Assembly: GCA_949511625.1 (NCBI GenBank)
Contig: CATFEX010000046.1
Location: 42,651-106,650 of the forward strand
From: Flavobacteriaceae bacterium
Lineage (GTDB): Bacteria; Bacteroidota; Bacteroidia; Flavobacteriales; Flavobacteriaceae
Direction of reading: 5' to 3'
Length of the DNA stretch: 64,000 nt
Shown here piece after piece: positions 27,666-36,961 of this stretch; the stretch's first letter is position 1, and each line of letters begins with the position of its first letter. A program made the position numbers and the translations under genes. The notes beneath the pieces were generated by a model. That model did no database searches and had not been told where the DNA came from. It saw only the letters and a program-made list of their open reading frames with translations.

Positions 27666-28747
27666 TTTTTTTTTTCACCCCCTGCGCGAGCGGAAGCTAA
27701 TTGCATCAAGCATAACTCGAGATGCAGGCGTTTGTTGCGAACATTTTTGTAGGTTGATGCAGCTTCTTGAATCCGATCTAATATGAGTAATACATAGGGC
27801 ACTTCTAATTGGCTAGATTGTTTCTGAAAACGTTCTTTATTTGTTTCAGAAGCTGATAATAAAGCTAAAGTTTGTTCATCTTTACATACTAAAAGCTCTC
27901 GAAAATGTGCAGCCAAACCCTCTAAAAACTGCCCCCCATCATAGCCACTGCTTAATACCTGGTCAAGGGTGACCAAAAGCAAGGGGATTTGTTGCTTGAT
28001 AATGAGATCAACCAATTCAAAATAGGTTTCTGTATCAACGATGTTGAGATGCGTTGCAACTAATTTGGCGGTGACTTCAGTATCACTATAAGCAATCATT
28101 CTATCAAACAGGGACAAGGCATCACGCATGGCACCATCCGACTTTTGGGCGATTAATTGTAGCGCTTCCTCTTCAACCTTGATTCCTTTGTCTTTGGCAA
28201 TGGCGGCGAGGTGTTTTTTTGTATCCTCAATTGTCATACGCTTGAAATCGTAAATCTGGCAACGGGACAATATGGTTGGAATGATTTTGTGTTTTTCGGT
28301 AGTGGCAAGTATAAATATGACGTGGGCTGGAGGCTCTTCTAATGTTTTCAAAAAAGCATTGAAAGCAGCAAGGGAAAGCATGTGAACTTCATCTATAATA
28401 TAGACTTTGTAGGATCCTACCTGAGGCGGAATACGCACCTGATCATTGAGACTGCGAATGTCTTCTACGGTATTATTGGAAGCGGCGTCCAGTTCAAAAA
28501 TATTGAATGCAAAGTCATCGTTTACATTGGCTTGGTTCCCTTCATTTATTTTTTTAGCCAGTATTCGAGCGCAGGTGGTTTTGCCTACTCCTCTAGGGCC
28601 ACAAAACAATAGGGCTTGCGCTAATTTATTTTGAGCAATGGATTTTTCAAGAGTAAGTGTTATGGCCTCTTGCCCCACAACATCAGAAAACTCCTGAGGG
28701 CGGTACTTTAAAGCAGATACAATATAGGAATCGTTCGTATCAGACAT
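27656..28747 (-). CDS. dnaX: DNA polymerase III subunit gamma/tau, 0-frame product (domains I-III, 363 aa)
   Basis: 'YIVSALKYRPQEFSDVVGQE', Walker A 'GPRGVGKTT', 'YIIDEVHML' and 'TILSRCQ'. The ATG at 28747 (MSDTND) is preferred over the TTG at 28819. Confidence 0.92.
   Translation of the reverse strand: MSDTNDSYIVSALKYRPQEFSDVVGQEAITLTLEKSIAQNKLAQALLFCGPRGVGKTTCARILAKKINEGNQANVNDDFAFNIFELDAASNNTVEDIRSLNDQVRIPPQVGSYKVYIIDEVHMLSLAAFNAFLKTLEEPPAHVIFILATTEKHKIIPTILSRCQIYDFKRMTIEDTKKHLAAIAKDKGIKVEEEALQLIAQKSDGAMRDALSLFDRMIAYSDTEVTAKLVATHLNIVDTETYFELVDLIIKQQIPLLLVTLDQVLSSGYDGGQFLEGLAAHFRELLVCKDEQTLALLSASETNKERFQKQSSQLEVPYVLLILDRIQEAASTYKNVRNKRLHLELCLMQLASARAGGEKKKFA
27665..27675 (-). other. candidate recoding site: A10-G run containing the heptamer A AAA AAG
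   Basis: The minus strand reads GGU GAA AAA AAA AAG UUC GCC UGA. The plus-strand T run is 27666-27675 and the 0-frame stop is at 27656-27658. Confidence 0.6.
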
Positions 28748-28802
28748 TAAACAAATATACACATTGCACGTTGCGGCTCTTGTGAAGCGAGCTAAAATCT
28801 TC

Positions 28803-28831
28803 TTTGAAATTATCAACAATCAGTACCTTTG
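28803..28831 (+). promoter_or_regulatory. putative promoter of rnpB (-33 TTTG, -7 TAccTTTG)
   Basis: TTTG at 28803-28806 and a perfect TAnnTTTG at 28824-28831. The predicted RNA 5' end at 28836 lies 5 nt downstream. Confidence 0.45.
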
Positions 28832-28835
28832 TACC

Positions 28836-29130
28836 AAGCAGGCTATCTTATCGCTGTTCGTCTTTTGGACGAAGAGAGGAAAGTCCGGACACCATAGAGC
28901 AGTATAGCGGGTAACGCCCGTCCTTTCTTCGGAAAGCGGACCAGTGCAACAGAAAGCAAGTACAGTTCGGCTGTAGTGAAATCGGTAAACTCTATACGGT
29001 GAAACGCCAAGTAAATCTGTATTTTTGGGTGGCTCGCCCAACGCAGAAGGGTAGGCGGATGGAGGCGTTCAGTAATGTGCGTCCTAGATAAATGATAAGA
29101 CCCGACAGAATCCGGCTTATCGGCCTGCTT
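28836..29130 (+). ncRNA. rnpB: RNase P RNA, bacterial type A
   Basis: Universally conserved blocks are present: 'GAGGAAAGUCCGGAC', 'GGGUAACGCC', 'CAGUGCAACAGAAAG', 'GGUAAACUC' and 'ACAGAAUCCGGCUUAUCGG'. P1 pairing is AAGCAGGC (28836-43) with GCCUGCUU (29123-30). About 295 nt. Confidence 0.9.
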
Positions 29131-29133
29131 TTT

Positions 29134-29679
29134 TTATTTGTTTTTAAAAAAACTAAAACAGCTACTCCCATACGTTCTTGTATCTATCCAAAGCGGATGA
29201 TCGTTATATGTGATTTGCGGTGGGTGTTCAAGAACTAAAAGTCCTTCCTTAATCCATTGATTTTTAAAAACTAATTCGATAACTAGAAGACAGGCGTCTT
29301 TGGGTAGGGCATAGGGGGGGTCTATAAATACCAAATCATAGGGGACTCCTACTTTACTGAGAAAAATAGAGACCTCCGATAGAATAGCGGTTACCGGCAA
29401 TTCCAGCTGGTCTGCCGTATTGCGAATAAATGATATACACTGTTTATTGGAATCAACTGCGGTACTGCTTGCTCCACCGCGAGAGGTGAATTCATAACTG
29501 ATGTTTCCAGTCCCCGCATATAACTCCAACAATCGAGCCCCTTCAAAGTCCAATTGATGCGTTAGAATATTAAATAAGGATTCTTTGGCTCGATCCGTTG
29601 TTGGTCGTACGGGAAGTTTTTTTGGAGCTTGTATGCGACGTCCCTTGCAATGCCCCGATATGATTCGGAAACTAAGCAT
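29134..29679 (-). CDS. rsmD: 16S rRNA (guanine966-N2)-methyltransferase RsmD
   Basis: 'RIISGHCKGRRI', 'LELYAGTGNIS' and the 'FIDPPYA' motif. The internal ATG at 29679 is the likely start. Confidence 0.85.
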   Translation of the reverse strand: MLSFRIISGHCKGRRIQAPKKLPVRPTTDRAKESLFNILTHQLDFEGARLLELYAGTGNISYEFTSRGGASSTAVDSNKQCISFIRNTADQLELPVTAILSEVSIFLSKVGVPYDLVFIDPPYALPKDACLLVIELVFKNQWIKEGLLVLEHPPQITYNDHPLWIDTRTYGSSCFSFFKNK

Positions 29680-30436
29680 TCCAGAAAGGGACAGGATCAT
29701 TGACATCTAGCTCAGTGCCTTGATGGGTATCGATGAATTGAATGTCTTTTTGAAAGTTTTTCGTCCCTTCATAATAGGAAGTATATTGTTCAAATTCTCC
29801 CAAAAAATAAAGGGTGCTATTGTTTTCGGAAATCTTGAGTTGTTCTGCGGCATAAAACAAATAGTACATAAAATCTTCTTCATTTTGTTGTGAGTAACTG
29901 TTGGACATCAATAGGCGAGTTCCTTGTGTAATGAATAAATCAAAATGATGAGTATAGAGGTGGACGTAGATTTGTGTATTAAAGTTGGATTGAGATTGTT
30001 CCATGATTCTATCATAAAGCAAAGCAAAAGAGGGGATAACTATAGGATTGGAAAGGATATCTGCTAATTTTTGAGGATAAGGGTAGACAAATCTGACCAG
30101 CCCATTGCTACTAATGTGGCTTTTGAGGGGATTTGTTGTCTTGACTGAAAAAGACTCCCAATAGGAGTTTTGAAGTTCTTCTTCATAGTTAAGTGATGGA
30201 ACAACTGCGGTGGGGGCATTCATAACTATCCATTGCACCTGATCAGAAAGCGATTGTTGTTGGACGAAAGAAGCTAAATTTTCTTCTAGATTGCCTGTGA
30301 AATCCGAAAACGGATAATATTTTTTTTGTCCTGGGGCACAAAAACAAAATCCATCCCCTAGTAAGAGAATGGATTCTTTAGAAAGAAAGGGTTTGTTAGG
30401 GTTGTTTGGCATCGAAGATTGTCGGCCAGTTGCCAT
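29672..30436 (-). CDS. DUF3822 family protein
   Basis: About 250 aa located immediately upstream of rsmD, as is usual in Bacteroidota. The start is uncertain (30436 or the ATG at 30412). Confidence 0.6.
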   Translation of the reverse strand: MATGRQSSMPNNPNKPFLSKESILLLGDGFCFCAPGQKKYYPFSDFTGNLEENLASFVQQQSLSDQVQWIVMNAPTAVVPSLNYEEELQNSYWESFSVKTTNPLKSHISSNGLVRFVYPYPQKLADILSNPIVIPSFALLYDRIMEQSQSNFNTQIYVHLYTHHFDLFITQGTRLLMSNSYSQQNEEDFMYYLFYAAEQLKISENNSTLYFLGEFEQYTSYYEGTKNFQKDIQFIDTHQGTELDVNDPVPFWNA

Positions 30437-31043
30437 TTGTACTTACCTCTGTCATAGAACCGAGTATAATCTCCGCACCATTGACACCATCTACCGAAAC
30501 GGTTTCATTTTCTTGCTTGAGTAAATCTTCGTTTTGGTCATGCAGGACAATCTTTTTTGCAACTTTGACCTCGAATACGGGGACACGGTAGCCATTTTTG
30601 CTAATGATATCTGCTTTGAGTCCAAATTCTGCATCCACCCCTTCTACCGGTACTTGGCTCATTATTTTATAGGAATTATCTTTTTTGAAAAGCGAATCTA
30701 ATACGGGAACAAACCCCAAGGTGTCTACCACCACCACTTCTCGCAACATATCAATCCGATAGGTTCGGTCGTACTCCAAATAGGAAGAATCTCTTTTTTC
30801 AATTAGGGTAAAAATACCATTCTCTACAAAGCTAACTAGGCTGTCAAAGTTATTAGCGTAGAAGCCTTTGACATCTTTGTGTGCTATTTGTGCTTTGCGA
30901 ATGGTTTTCAAGCGATTGATCACTTGGGCGTAGCGCTCGTTTTTGGTTTTATTGAAACTGATGGGACCATTAATAGAGTCATAGATTTGATAGCTGAAGA
31001 CTGCACATAATACCCAAAGAATCGCTTGTATCGCTATTTTCAT
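30396..31043 (-). CDS. hypothetical membrane-anchored protein
   Basis: 215 aa with a single N-terminal TM helix (IAIQAILWVLCAVFSYQIY). I recognise no family motif. Confidence 0.5.
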   Translation of the reverse strand: MKIAIQAILWVLCAVFSYQIYDSINGPISFNKTKNERYAQVINRLKTIRKAQIAHKDVKGFYANNFDSLVSFVENGIFTLIEKRDSSYLEYDRTYRIDMLREVVVVDTLGFVPVLDSLFKKDNSYKIMSQVPVEGVDAEFGLKADIISKNGYRVPVFEVKVAKKIVLHDQNEDLLKQENETVSVDGVNGAEIILGSMTEVSTNGNWPTIFDAKQP

Positions 31044-31137
31044 TTAGCTAGAATTTTTGACGTGTCAACAAATCTACAATTTTTTTTTATTCAGAAAAGC
31101 CTTCCTTTTGGTATCTTACCCCAAAGTCCCCTATTGG

Positions 31138-32562
31138 ATGTCTGCAAAGGAATTACATGCCGAAATTATTAAAAACAGTGCCTTTGCCTTAACGCATTCG
31201 CAAGAACAATGGGCGGAGGCTATTTCAACTTTTGTTTCTCAGAAAAAAAAAGACAATTTATTCATTTTACAGGGCTACGCTGGAACAGGAAAGTCATCTA
31301 TGGTCGCCCTATTAGTGGCTGCCCTTCCTCGAATCGGACAACGAGCCGTATTGCTTGCACCCACAGGTAGAGCGGCAAAAGTATTATCAAGTTACGCGAG
31401 AAAAAAAGCCTTCACTATACACAAGAAAATATATTTCAGTAATGCGGAGAGTGGTAAACTGCGTTTTAGGTTAAAAAACAATTCGCATCGCAATACACTT
31501 TTTATTGTAGATGAATCTTCGATGATTGGTGAAGACACTTCTGTTGGTCGTCTTTTTGAAAGAGGTTCACTGCTTCACGATTTGGTTAATTATGTGGAAG
31601 AGGGGGACAATTGCAAGTTGATTTTTGTAGGAGATACTGCCCAATTGCCTCCAGTTTCTCTGGTGTTGAGTCCAGCCCTTGACCCCAATAAACTGAATTA
31701 TGAATTCAATAAAGCTGTTGCTGTGACCGTATTGGAGGAAGTTGTTCGCCAACAATTGGACTCTGGAATACTTTTCAATGCCACTCAGTTGAGAGAGCAG
31801 ATTGCTGCGGAAGACCCCAATCAATTTACATTTTCTCTAGAGGGTTATACCGATGTAATCCGGTTACAAGACGGCAATGAGTTTTTAGAATCGCTTTCTC
31901 AAGCACTACATGAAGATAAAGAGGATGCTGCTGTTCTAATTGTGCGTTCCAATAAACGTGCAAATCAATACAACCGGAGCATTCGAGAACGGATTCTTTT
32001 CTTGGAGTCAGATCTTGCTGTGGGAGATAGCCTGATGGTGGTGAAAAATAATTATCATTGGTTGTCTGAAGAAGATCCGGCAGGTTTCATCGCCAATGGG
32101 GATACGCTTCGCGTTCAGAAAATTCATGGATACAAAGAACTGTATGGGTTCAAATTTGCCGAAGTTACTGTGCAAATGATTGATTATCCAGATCAACCTC
32201 CCTTTCAAACAACACTATTGTTAGACACCTTACATAGTAACACGGCTTCTTTGAGTCAAGACCAATCCCAACAACTTTATGAAAAAGTCAATGAAGACTA
32301 CGCACATTTGTCTTCCAAATTCAAACGGTTACAAAAAGTGAGATCCAATCCTTATTTTAATGCACTTCAGGTGAAATACTCCTATGCGATTACCTGTCAC
32401 AAATCTCAAGGGGGACAATGGCGGGAAGTTTTTGTAGAGATGCCCTACCTTCCCGATGGCCCAACTGTAGATTTTTACCGCTGGCTCTATACAGCGATCA
32501 CTCGTGCTCAGGAAAAACTATATCTTATCGGTTTTTCTAAAAATTATTTTTTGGGCAATTAA
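31138..32562 (+). CDS. RecD-like ATP-dependent DNA helicase (AAA_30 / UvrD_C_2)
   Basis: Walker A 'GYAGTGKSS', Walker B 'LFIVDESSM', 'GDTAQLPPV' and the C-terminal 'AITCHKSQGGQW'. ATG at 31138. Confidence 0.85.
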   Translation: MSAKELHAEIIKNSAFALTHSQEQWAEAISTFVSQKKKDNLFILQGYAGTGKSSMVALLVAALPRIGQRAVLLAPTGRAAKVLSSYARKKAFTIHKKIYFSNAESGKLRFRLKNNSHRNTLFIVDESSMIGEDTSVGRLFERGSLLHDLVNYVEEGDNCKLIFVGDTAQLPPVSLVLSPALDPNKLNYEFNKAVAVTVLEEVVRQQLDSGILFNATQLREQIAAEDPNQFTFSLEGYTDVIRLQDGNEFLESLSQALHEDKEDAAVLIVRSNKRANQYNRSIRERILFLESDLAVGDSLMVVKNNYHWLSEEDPAGFIANGDTLRVQKIHGYKELYGFKFAEVTVQMIDYPDQPPFQTTLLLDTLHSNTASLSQDQSQQLYEKVNEDYAHLSSKFKRLQKVRSNPYFNALQVKYSYAITCHKSQGGQWREVFVEMPYLPDGPTVDFYRWLYTAITRAQEKLYLIGFSKNYFLGN

Positions 32563-32592
32563 ACAAATCGTTTGTGATCCAATATCTCTTAA

Positions 32593-33309
32593 TTATGCGC
32601 TTAGATCAAGCGTGTGGTATACGTTTTGGACGTCATCATCTTCCTCAATTTTCTCTATAAGTTTTTCTACTTCTTCTTGTGCCTCTTTGCTTAGTTTTTT
32701 AGTGACTTGAGGAATACGCTCAAAGCCAGAAGATAGAATTTCAATCGATCTGTTTTCTAATTCCCTTTGAATGGTTCCAAAACTTTCAAAAGGAGCATAA
32801 AGCAGCATTCCGTCCTCATCGATAAAGACTTCCTCCACCCCGTAGTCAATAAACTCCAATTCAATCTCTTCAGGGTCAAGGCCCTCGGAGGGAATGCGAA
32901 AGTTGCAACTATGATCGAACATAAACTCTACTGAACCCGAGGTTCCCAAGGTTCCACTGCCTTTGTTGAAATAGCTACGAATATTTGCCACTGTCCGGTT
33001 GTTATTGTCAGTAGCGGTTTCTACCAATACTGCTACACCATGGGGCGCATACCCTTCATATAGAATCTCTTTGTAGTTTTCCGTATTTTTATCGGAGGCT
33101 TTTTTAATGGCTCTTTCAATATTGTCTTTGGGCATATTTGCCGACTTGGCATTTTGAATTACCGCCCGTAATCGAGAATTATTTTCAGGATCTGGGCCTC
33201 CTTCTTTAACAGCCATCACGATATCCTTCCCGATTCGGGTGAAAGTCTTGGCCATGGCTGACCAGCGTTTCATCTTACGTGCTTTTCGGAATTCAAAGGC
33301 TCTTCCCAT
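32593..33309 (-). CDS. YebC/PmpR family DNA-binding transcriptional regulator
   Basis: 'GRAFEFRKARKMKRW...K.FT.IGK.I..AVK.GGPDPE.N.RLR' is the canonical YebC N-terminus. 238 aa. Confidence 0.93.
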   Translation of the reverse strand: MGRAFEFRKARKMKRWSAMAKTFTRIGKDIVMAVKEGGPDPENNSRLRAVIQNAKSANMPKDNIERAIKKASDKNTENYKEILYEGYAPHGVAVLVETATDNNNRTVANIRSYFNKGSGTLGTSGSVEFMFDHSCNFRIPSEGLDPEEIELEFIDYGVEEVFIDEDGMLLYAPFESFGTIQRELENRSIEILSSGFERIPQVTKKLSKEAQEEVEKLIEKIEEDDDVQNVYHTLDLSA

Positions 33310-33380
33310 TGGGTAAAAAGTTATTGATTACAAAAATATAAAACTTTAAGCAGCAAGAGGGTTTAAGAAGGGAGGACTCC

Positions 33381-34205
33381 TCAGATGATTTTGCGGATTA
33401 AATCCAAATCATCTAACACTTCATTATAGTTGATCTGTAAATGCGCTGGCAATCTATTTTCTTTGGGTAAGGTTGCTAGGTAACGGATTTCATTGGATGT
33501 AAATACTTGTTTGTAGCTTGCCTTTTTATGATTGCGTCGCTCTACTATTGCCTTGATAAATTCAAAATGCCCTACTAAATCTTTGCTTCCTAAATGAAAA
33601 ATACCACTCAATTGTTGGTTGATAATGAAATGGATTTGCTGGGCTAGTTTCCGGTCACTATTGACATTGATTACTGAATTTGGGAATACTTCGATGGGGA
33701 TTTGTTGTTGTACTGCCCAGTCAATTTCTCTGACTCGAGGGCTGTGCTGACCAAAAATCATTGGCAATCTTGCGATGACGTATTTGGCAGTAGGAAGGCG
33801 AAGGAGTCCGTTTTCCACACGAATTTTTAATCGGCCGTAAATACTTTCGGAAAGTGTTTTATCATACTCATACGAGGGATAATGATGAAAAGCATCAAAT
33901 ACATTAGCCGAGGAAAGGAAAAGCAGTCGACTATTATTATTTTTTACAAAATCGATTAAGAATTCATGTTCTTCCAATTGACTTTTAAAGTTTCCCCGAA
34001 GGGCTGAAATAATCAGTTTGGGTTTTACTTCTTTGAGGATGGTTTCTAATCCTCCTTCTTCCATGTTGTATTGGTAGTAATGCTGGTTCAATTTGTGACT
34101 TCGGCTACTGCAATACGTAGCATATGTATCGAAATAAGAACAGAGCTCTTTGTATAAGATTTCACCTATATAACCACTCCCTCCTAAAATTAAGATTCGT
34201 TTCAT
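33381..34205 (-). CDS. NAD(P)-binding sugar-nucleotide epimerase/reductase-like protein (RmlD-like SDR)
   Basis: Rossmann motif 'ILILGGSGYIG', 274 aa. Substrate unknown. Confidence 0.6.
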   Translation of the reverse strand: MKRILILGGSGYIGEILYKELCSYFDTYATYCSSRSHKLNQHYYQYNMEEGGLETILKEVKPKLIISALRGNFKSQLEEHEFLIDFVKNNNSRLLFLSSANVFDAFHHYPSYEYDKTLSESIYGRLKIRVENGLLRLPTAKYVIARLPMIFGQHSPRVREIDWAVQQQIPIEVFPNSVINVNSDRKLAQQIHFIINQQLSGIFHLGSKDLVGHFEFIKAIVERRNHKKASYKQVFTSNEIRYLATLPKENRLPAHLQINYNEVLDDLDLIRKII

Positions 34206-34208
34206 CGG

Positions 34209-35300
34209 CTAGTCCCTATAGAATGGCAATTTGACCACTTCTGCTTTCACCATCTTTTTTCTGATTTCAACAAAAACTGTTTGCCCTTGTTGAGCAAAGG
34301 TTGCTTCTACATAACCCAAACCAATACCCATGTTGAGACTCGGGGATTGCGTTCCCGAACTAACATATCCAATGGATTGACCTTTCTCATCGCAAAGGGA
34401 ATACTCGGCGCGAGGAATCCCACGATCGATCATCCGAAAACCCACTAATTTCTTTGGCTGAAGAATATTTTTTTGTTCTTGTAAAAAATCATAGGCCAAG
34501 TTATTTGGGTGGGGCTTGGTAATCCAGCCCAGTCCAGCAGCTAATGGATTGGTATTTTCATTGATTTCGTGACCGTAGAGGCAATATCCCATTTCAAGAC
34601 GAAGGGTGTCTCGAGCCGCTAATCCAATGGGTTTGATCCCTGCCGAAGCCCCCGCATCAATTACCTTATCCCAAACTTCTTGAGCTACTGTGTTGGGGAA
34701 ATAGATTTCGATTCCACCAGAACCAGTATAGCCTGTTGTAGCAATAATGACATTAGAAATGCCTGCAAAAGTTCCTTGCTGCACCCCGTAGTAGGGTAAA
34801 TTATGAAGTTCTATATCGGTTAGTGATTGCATTGTCTCAAGGCTACGAGGCCCTTGTATGGCAAGTAATGCGGTTTGACTAGAGACATCTTCCAATTCGG
34901 CTTCAATGTTTTCATTTTCCACAGAAATCCACTCCCAGTCCTTGATAATATTTGCAGCATTCACCACTAAGAAATAGCTGTTTTCCGCTAAACGGTACAC
35001 AATTAAATCATCAATAATACCTCCAATGCGGTTCGGGAGATAATTGTACTGGGCTTTGCCTACAGGAAGTTGAGCGATTGAATTACTGCAAACCCGCTCG
35101 AGTAGTTTCAACGCCCTCGATCCTTTAACGTAAAATTCTCCCATATGAGAGACATCGAAAACACCCAGACTCTTACGAACGGCATGATGTTCTTCTTTTA
35201 CTCCAGTATATTGAATGGGCATTTCAAAGCCTCCAAAAGGAGCCATTTTAGCTCCTAGGGCAATATGGGTTTCAGTTAGCGCAGTTTTCTTTGAATGCAT
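34209..35300 (-). CDS. gcvT: glycine cleavage system aminomethyltransferase T
   Basis: 'KKTALTETHIALGAKMAPFGGFEMPIQY...VFDVSHMGEF', 363 aa. Confidence 0.95.
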   Translation of the reverse strand: MHSKKTALTETHIALGAKMAPFGGFEMPIQYTGVKEEHHAVRKSLGVFDVSHMGEFYVKGSRALKLLERVCSNSIAQLPVGKAQYNYLPNRIGGIIDDLIVYRLAENSYFLVVNAANIIKDWEWISVENENIEAELEDVSSQTALLAIQGPRSLETMQSLTDIELHNLPYYGVQQGTFAGISNVIIATTGYTGSGGIEIYFPNTVAQEVWDKVIDAGASAGIKPIGLAARDTLRLEMGYCLYGHEINENTNPLAAGLGWITKPHPNNLAYDFLQEQKNILQPKKLVGFRMIDRGIPRAEYSLCDEKGQSIGYVSSGTQSPSLNMGIGLGYVEATFAQQGQTVFVEIRKKMVKAEVVKLPFYRD

Positions 35301-35353
35301 GCTGACAAAAATATTACATTTAGATTCGAATTAATCATTGAGAAAGAGCTTTT

Positions 35354-36961
35354 ATGAACAAGATGAGGCAATTTTTACTGCTCTATTTAAATGTTGTTTC
35401 TGTTGTTACCTTGACAGCCCAAGACATCTCCAAACAGGAATACCGTCAGCGTCGTGAACAATTACGGAAATTGCTACCCGATAATTCCCTTGCAGTCTTT
35501 TTTAGCGCACCCATTAAAAATAGATCGAATGATACTGACTATCATTACCATCCCGATCCCAATATGGTGTATTTATCTGGATGGGAAGAACCTCATGCTG
35601 TTTTGCTTGTTTTTAAAAATCTTCAGCAGGATTCGGAAGGGATATTTTCAGAAGTGTTGTATGTCAGGGATAGAGATCCCTATGAAGAATTATGGAATGG
35701 GAAAGTAATGGGTGTGGATCGCGCCCAAGATTGGGGGCTAGATCGGGTGCAAAACCGAATAGATTTCATCGAGTCCCCGTTGAATTATGATGCTTTTGAT
35801 TCTGTCTTAATTTATGAATTTCAAAATGATGTTAGAGACCGGCCACGCGACAATTATGATTTGTATGCTCTTCAAAAACATTTTAGGACACAACTTAACT
35901 ATCCTGCTCAATTCAACCCCATACGTTATGGGCTTTATCAAAAAATAAGACAACTCACTCCAAGGAATATAAAACTTCTTCAGTCCGAAATACGAAGAAT
36001 GGTGGCGTTAGAACCGGGCCTCCAAGATGACGATCTTTTACAAGAATTTTTGTCCCTAACCGATACTAGCTCATCAGAAGAACTAAAAATTCAATCTGAT
36101 TTTCTTTTGCAAAACATTCATTTTGATGTAGACCAGTTGCCCAAGTTGATGGGGCAATTACGCGAGATAAAAAGCAAGACGGAAATCCGGTTGCTAAAAA
36201 AAGCGGCACAAATTTCTGTGATGGGTCAAATTGAGGTGATGAAAGCCATTCATCCCGAAATGAGTGAACGTGAGATTCAAGGGATTCATGAATTTGTATA
36301 TAAAAAATATGGAGCAGCCGATGTAGGCTATCCCTCTATTGTTGGTGCTGGTGGCAATGGCTGTGTATTGCACTACAACCACAATGAAATGGAAAAGGTA
36401 GATAATCAAATGGTATTGATGGATGTGGGGGCAGAATACAAAGGGTATACTGCAGATGTGACTCGAACCCTTCCTGCTAATGGTACTTTTACTCAAGCAC
36501 AAAAAGAACTCTATTCGGTAGTCTTTAAGGCGCAAGAGGCTGGAATAGCTGCTGCTCAAGTAGGAGTTTCTTTTACCAGAATCACACAAGCAGTCTATGA
36601 TGAAATAACCCGAGGATTGCAAGCATTAGGACTGATTACCCAAGCTAATGAAATGTCGAAATACCTTCCCCATGGGGTGGCCCATCATATCGGACTAGAT
36701 GTCCATGATCCTGGAGAATATACCCGTTTGAAACCCAATATGGTGATTACAGTTGAACCAGGAATATACGTTCCTGAAGGAAGTCCTTGTGATCGCAAAT
36801 GGTGGAATATAGGAATTCGGATTGAGGATGATATTTTAATCACAAATGAGGGGCCAATCAATTTATCAGACGGAGCCCCGAGAACATGGGAAGCGATTGA
36901 GCAACAAATGCGGTCTGAAAGTGTATTGAATAGTTGGATACTCCCCCCTTTAGAAGATTAA
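35354..36961 (+). CDS. Xaa-Pro aminopeptidase (M24B, aminopeptidase P family), secreted
   Basis: Signal peptide, AMP_N-like N-domain and metal ligands in 'LMDVGAEYKGYTADVTRT', 'HGVAHHIGLDVHD', 'VEPGIY' and 'RIEDDI'. Confidence 0.85.
   Translation: MNKMRQFLLLYLNVVSVVTLTAQDISKQEYRQRREQLRKLLPDNSLAVFFSAPIKNRSNDTDYHYHPDPNMVYLSGWEEPHAVLLVFKNLQQDSEGIFSEVLYVRDRDPYEELWNGKVMGVDRAQDWGLDRVQNRIDFIESPLNYDAFDSVLIYEFQNDVRDRPRDNYDLYALQKHFRTQLNYPAQFNPIRYGLYQKIRQLTPRNIKLLQSEIRRMVALEPGLQDDDLLQEFLSLTDTSSSEELKIQSDFLLQNIHFDVDQLPKLMGQLREIKSKTEIRLLKKAAQISVMGQIEVMKAIHPEMSEREIQGIHEFVYKKYGAADVGYPSIVGAGGNGCVLHYNHNEMEKVDNQMVLMDVGAEYKGYTADVTRTLPANGTFTQAQKELYSVVFKAQEAGIAAAQVGVSFTRITQAVYDEITRGLQALGLITQANEMSKYLPHGVAHHIGLDVHDPGEYTRLKPNMVITVEPGIYVPEGSPCDRKWWNIGIRIEDDILITNEGPINLSDGAPRTWEAIEQQMRSESVLNSWILPPLED

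Noticed and set aside
28820-29041. Minus-strand 73-aa ORF.
   Set aside because: It lies entirely inside the RNase P RNA gene (rnpB) on the opposite strand, and the region is explained by conserved RNA motifs.
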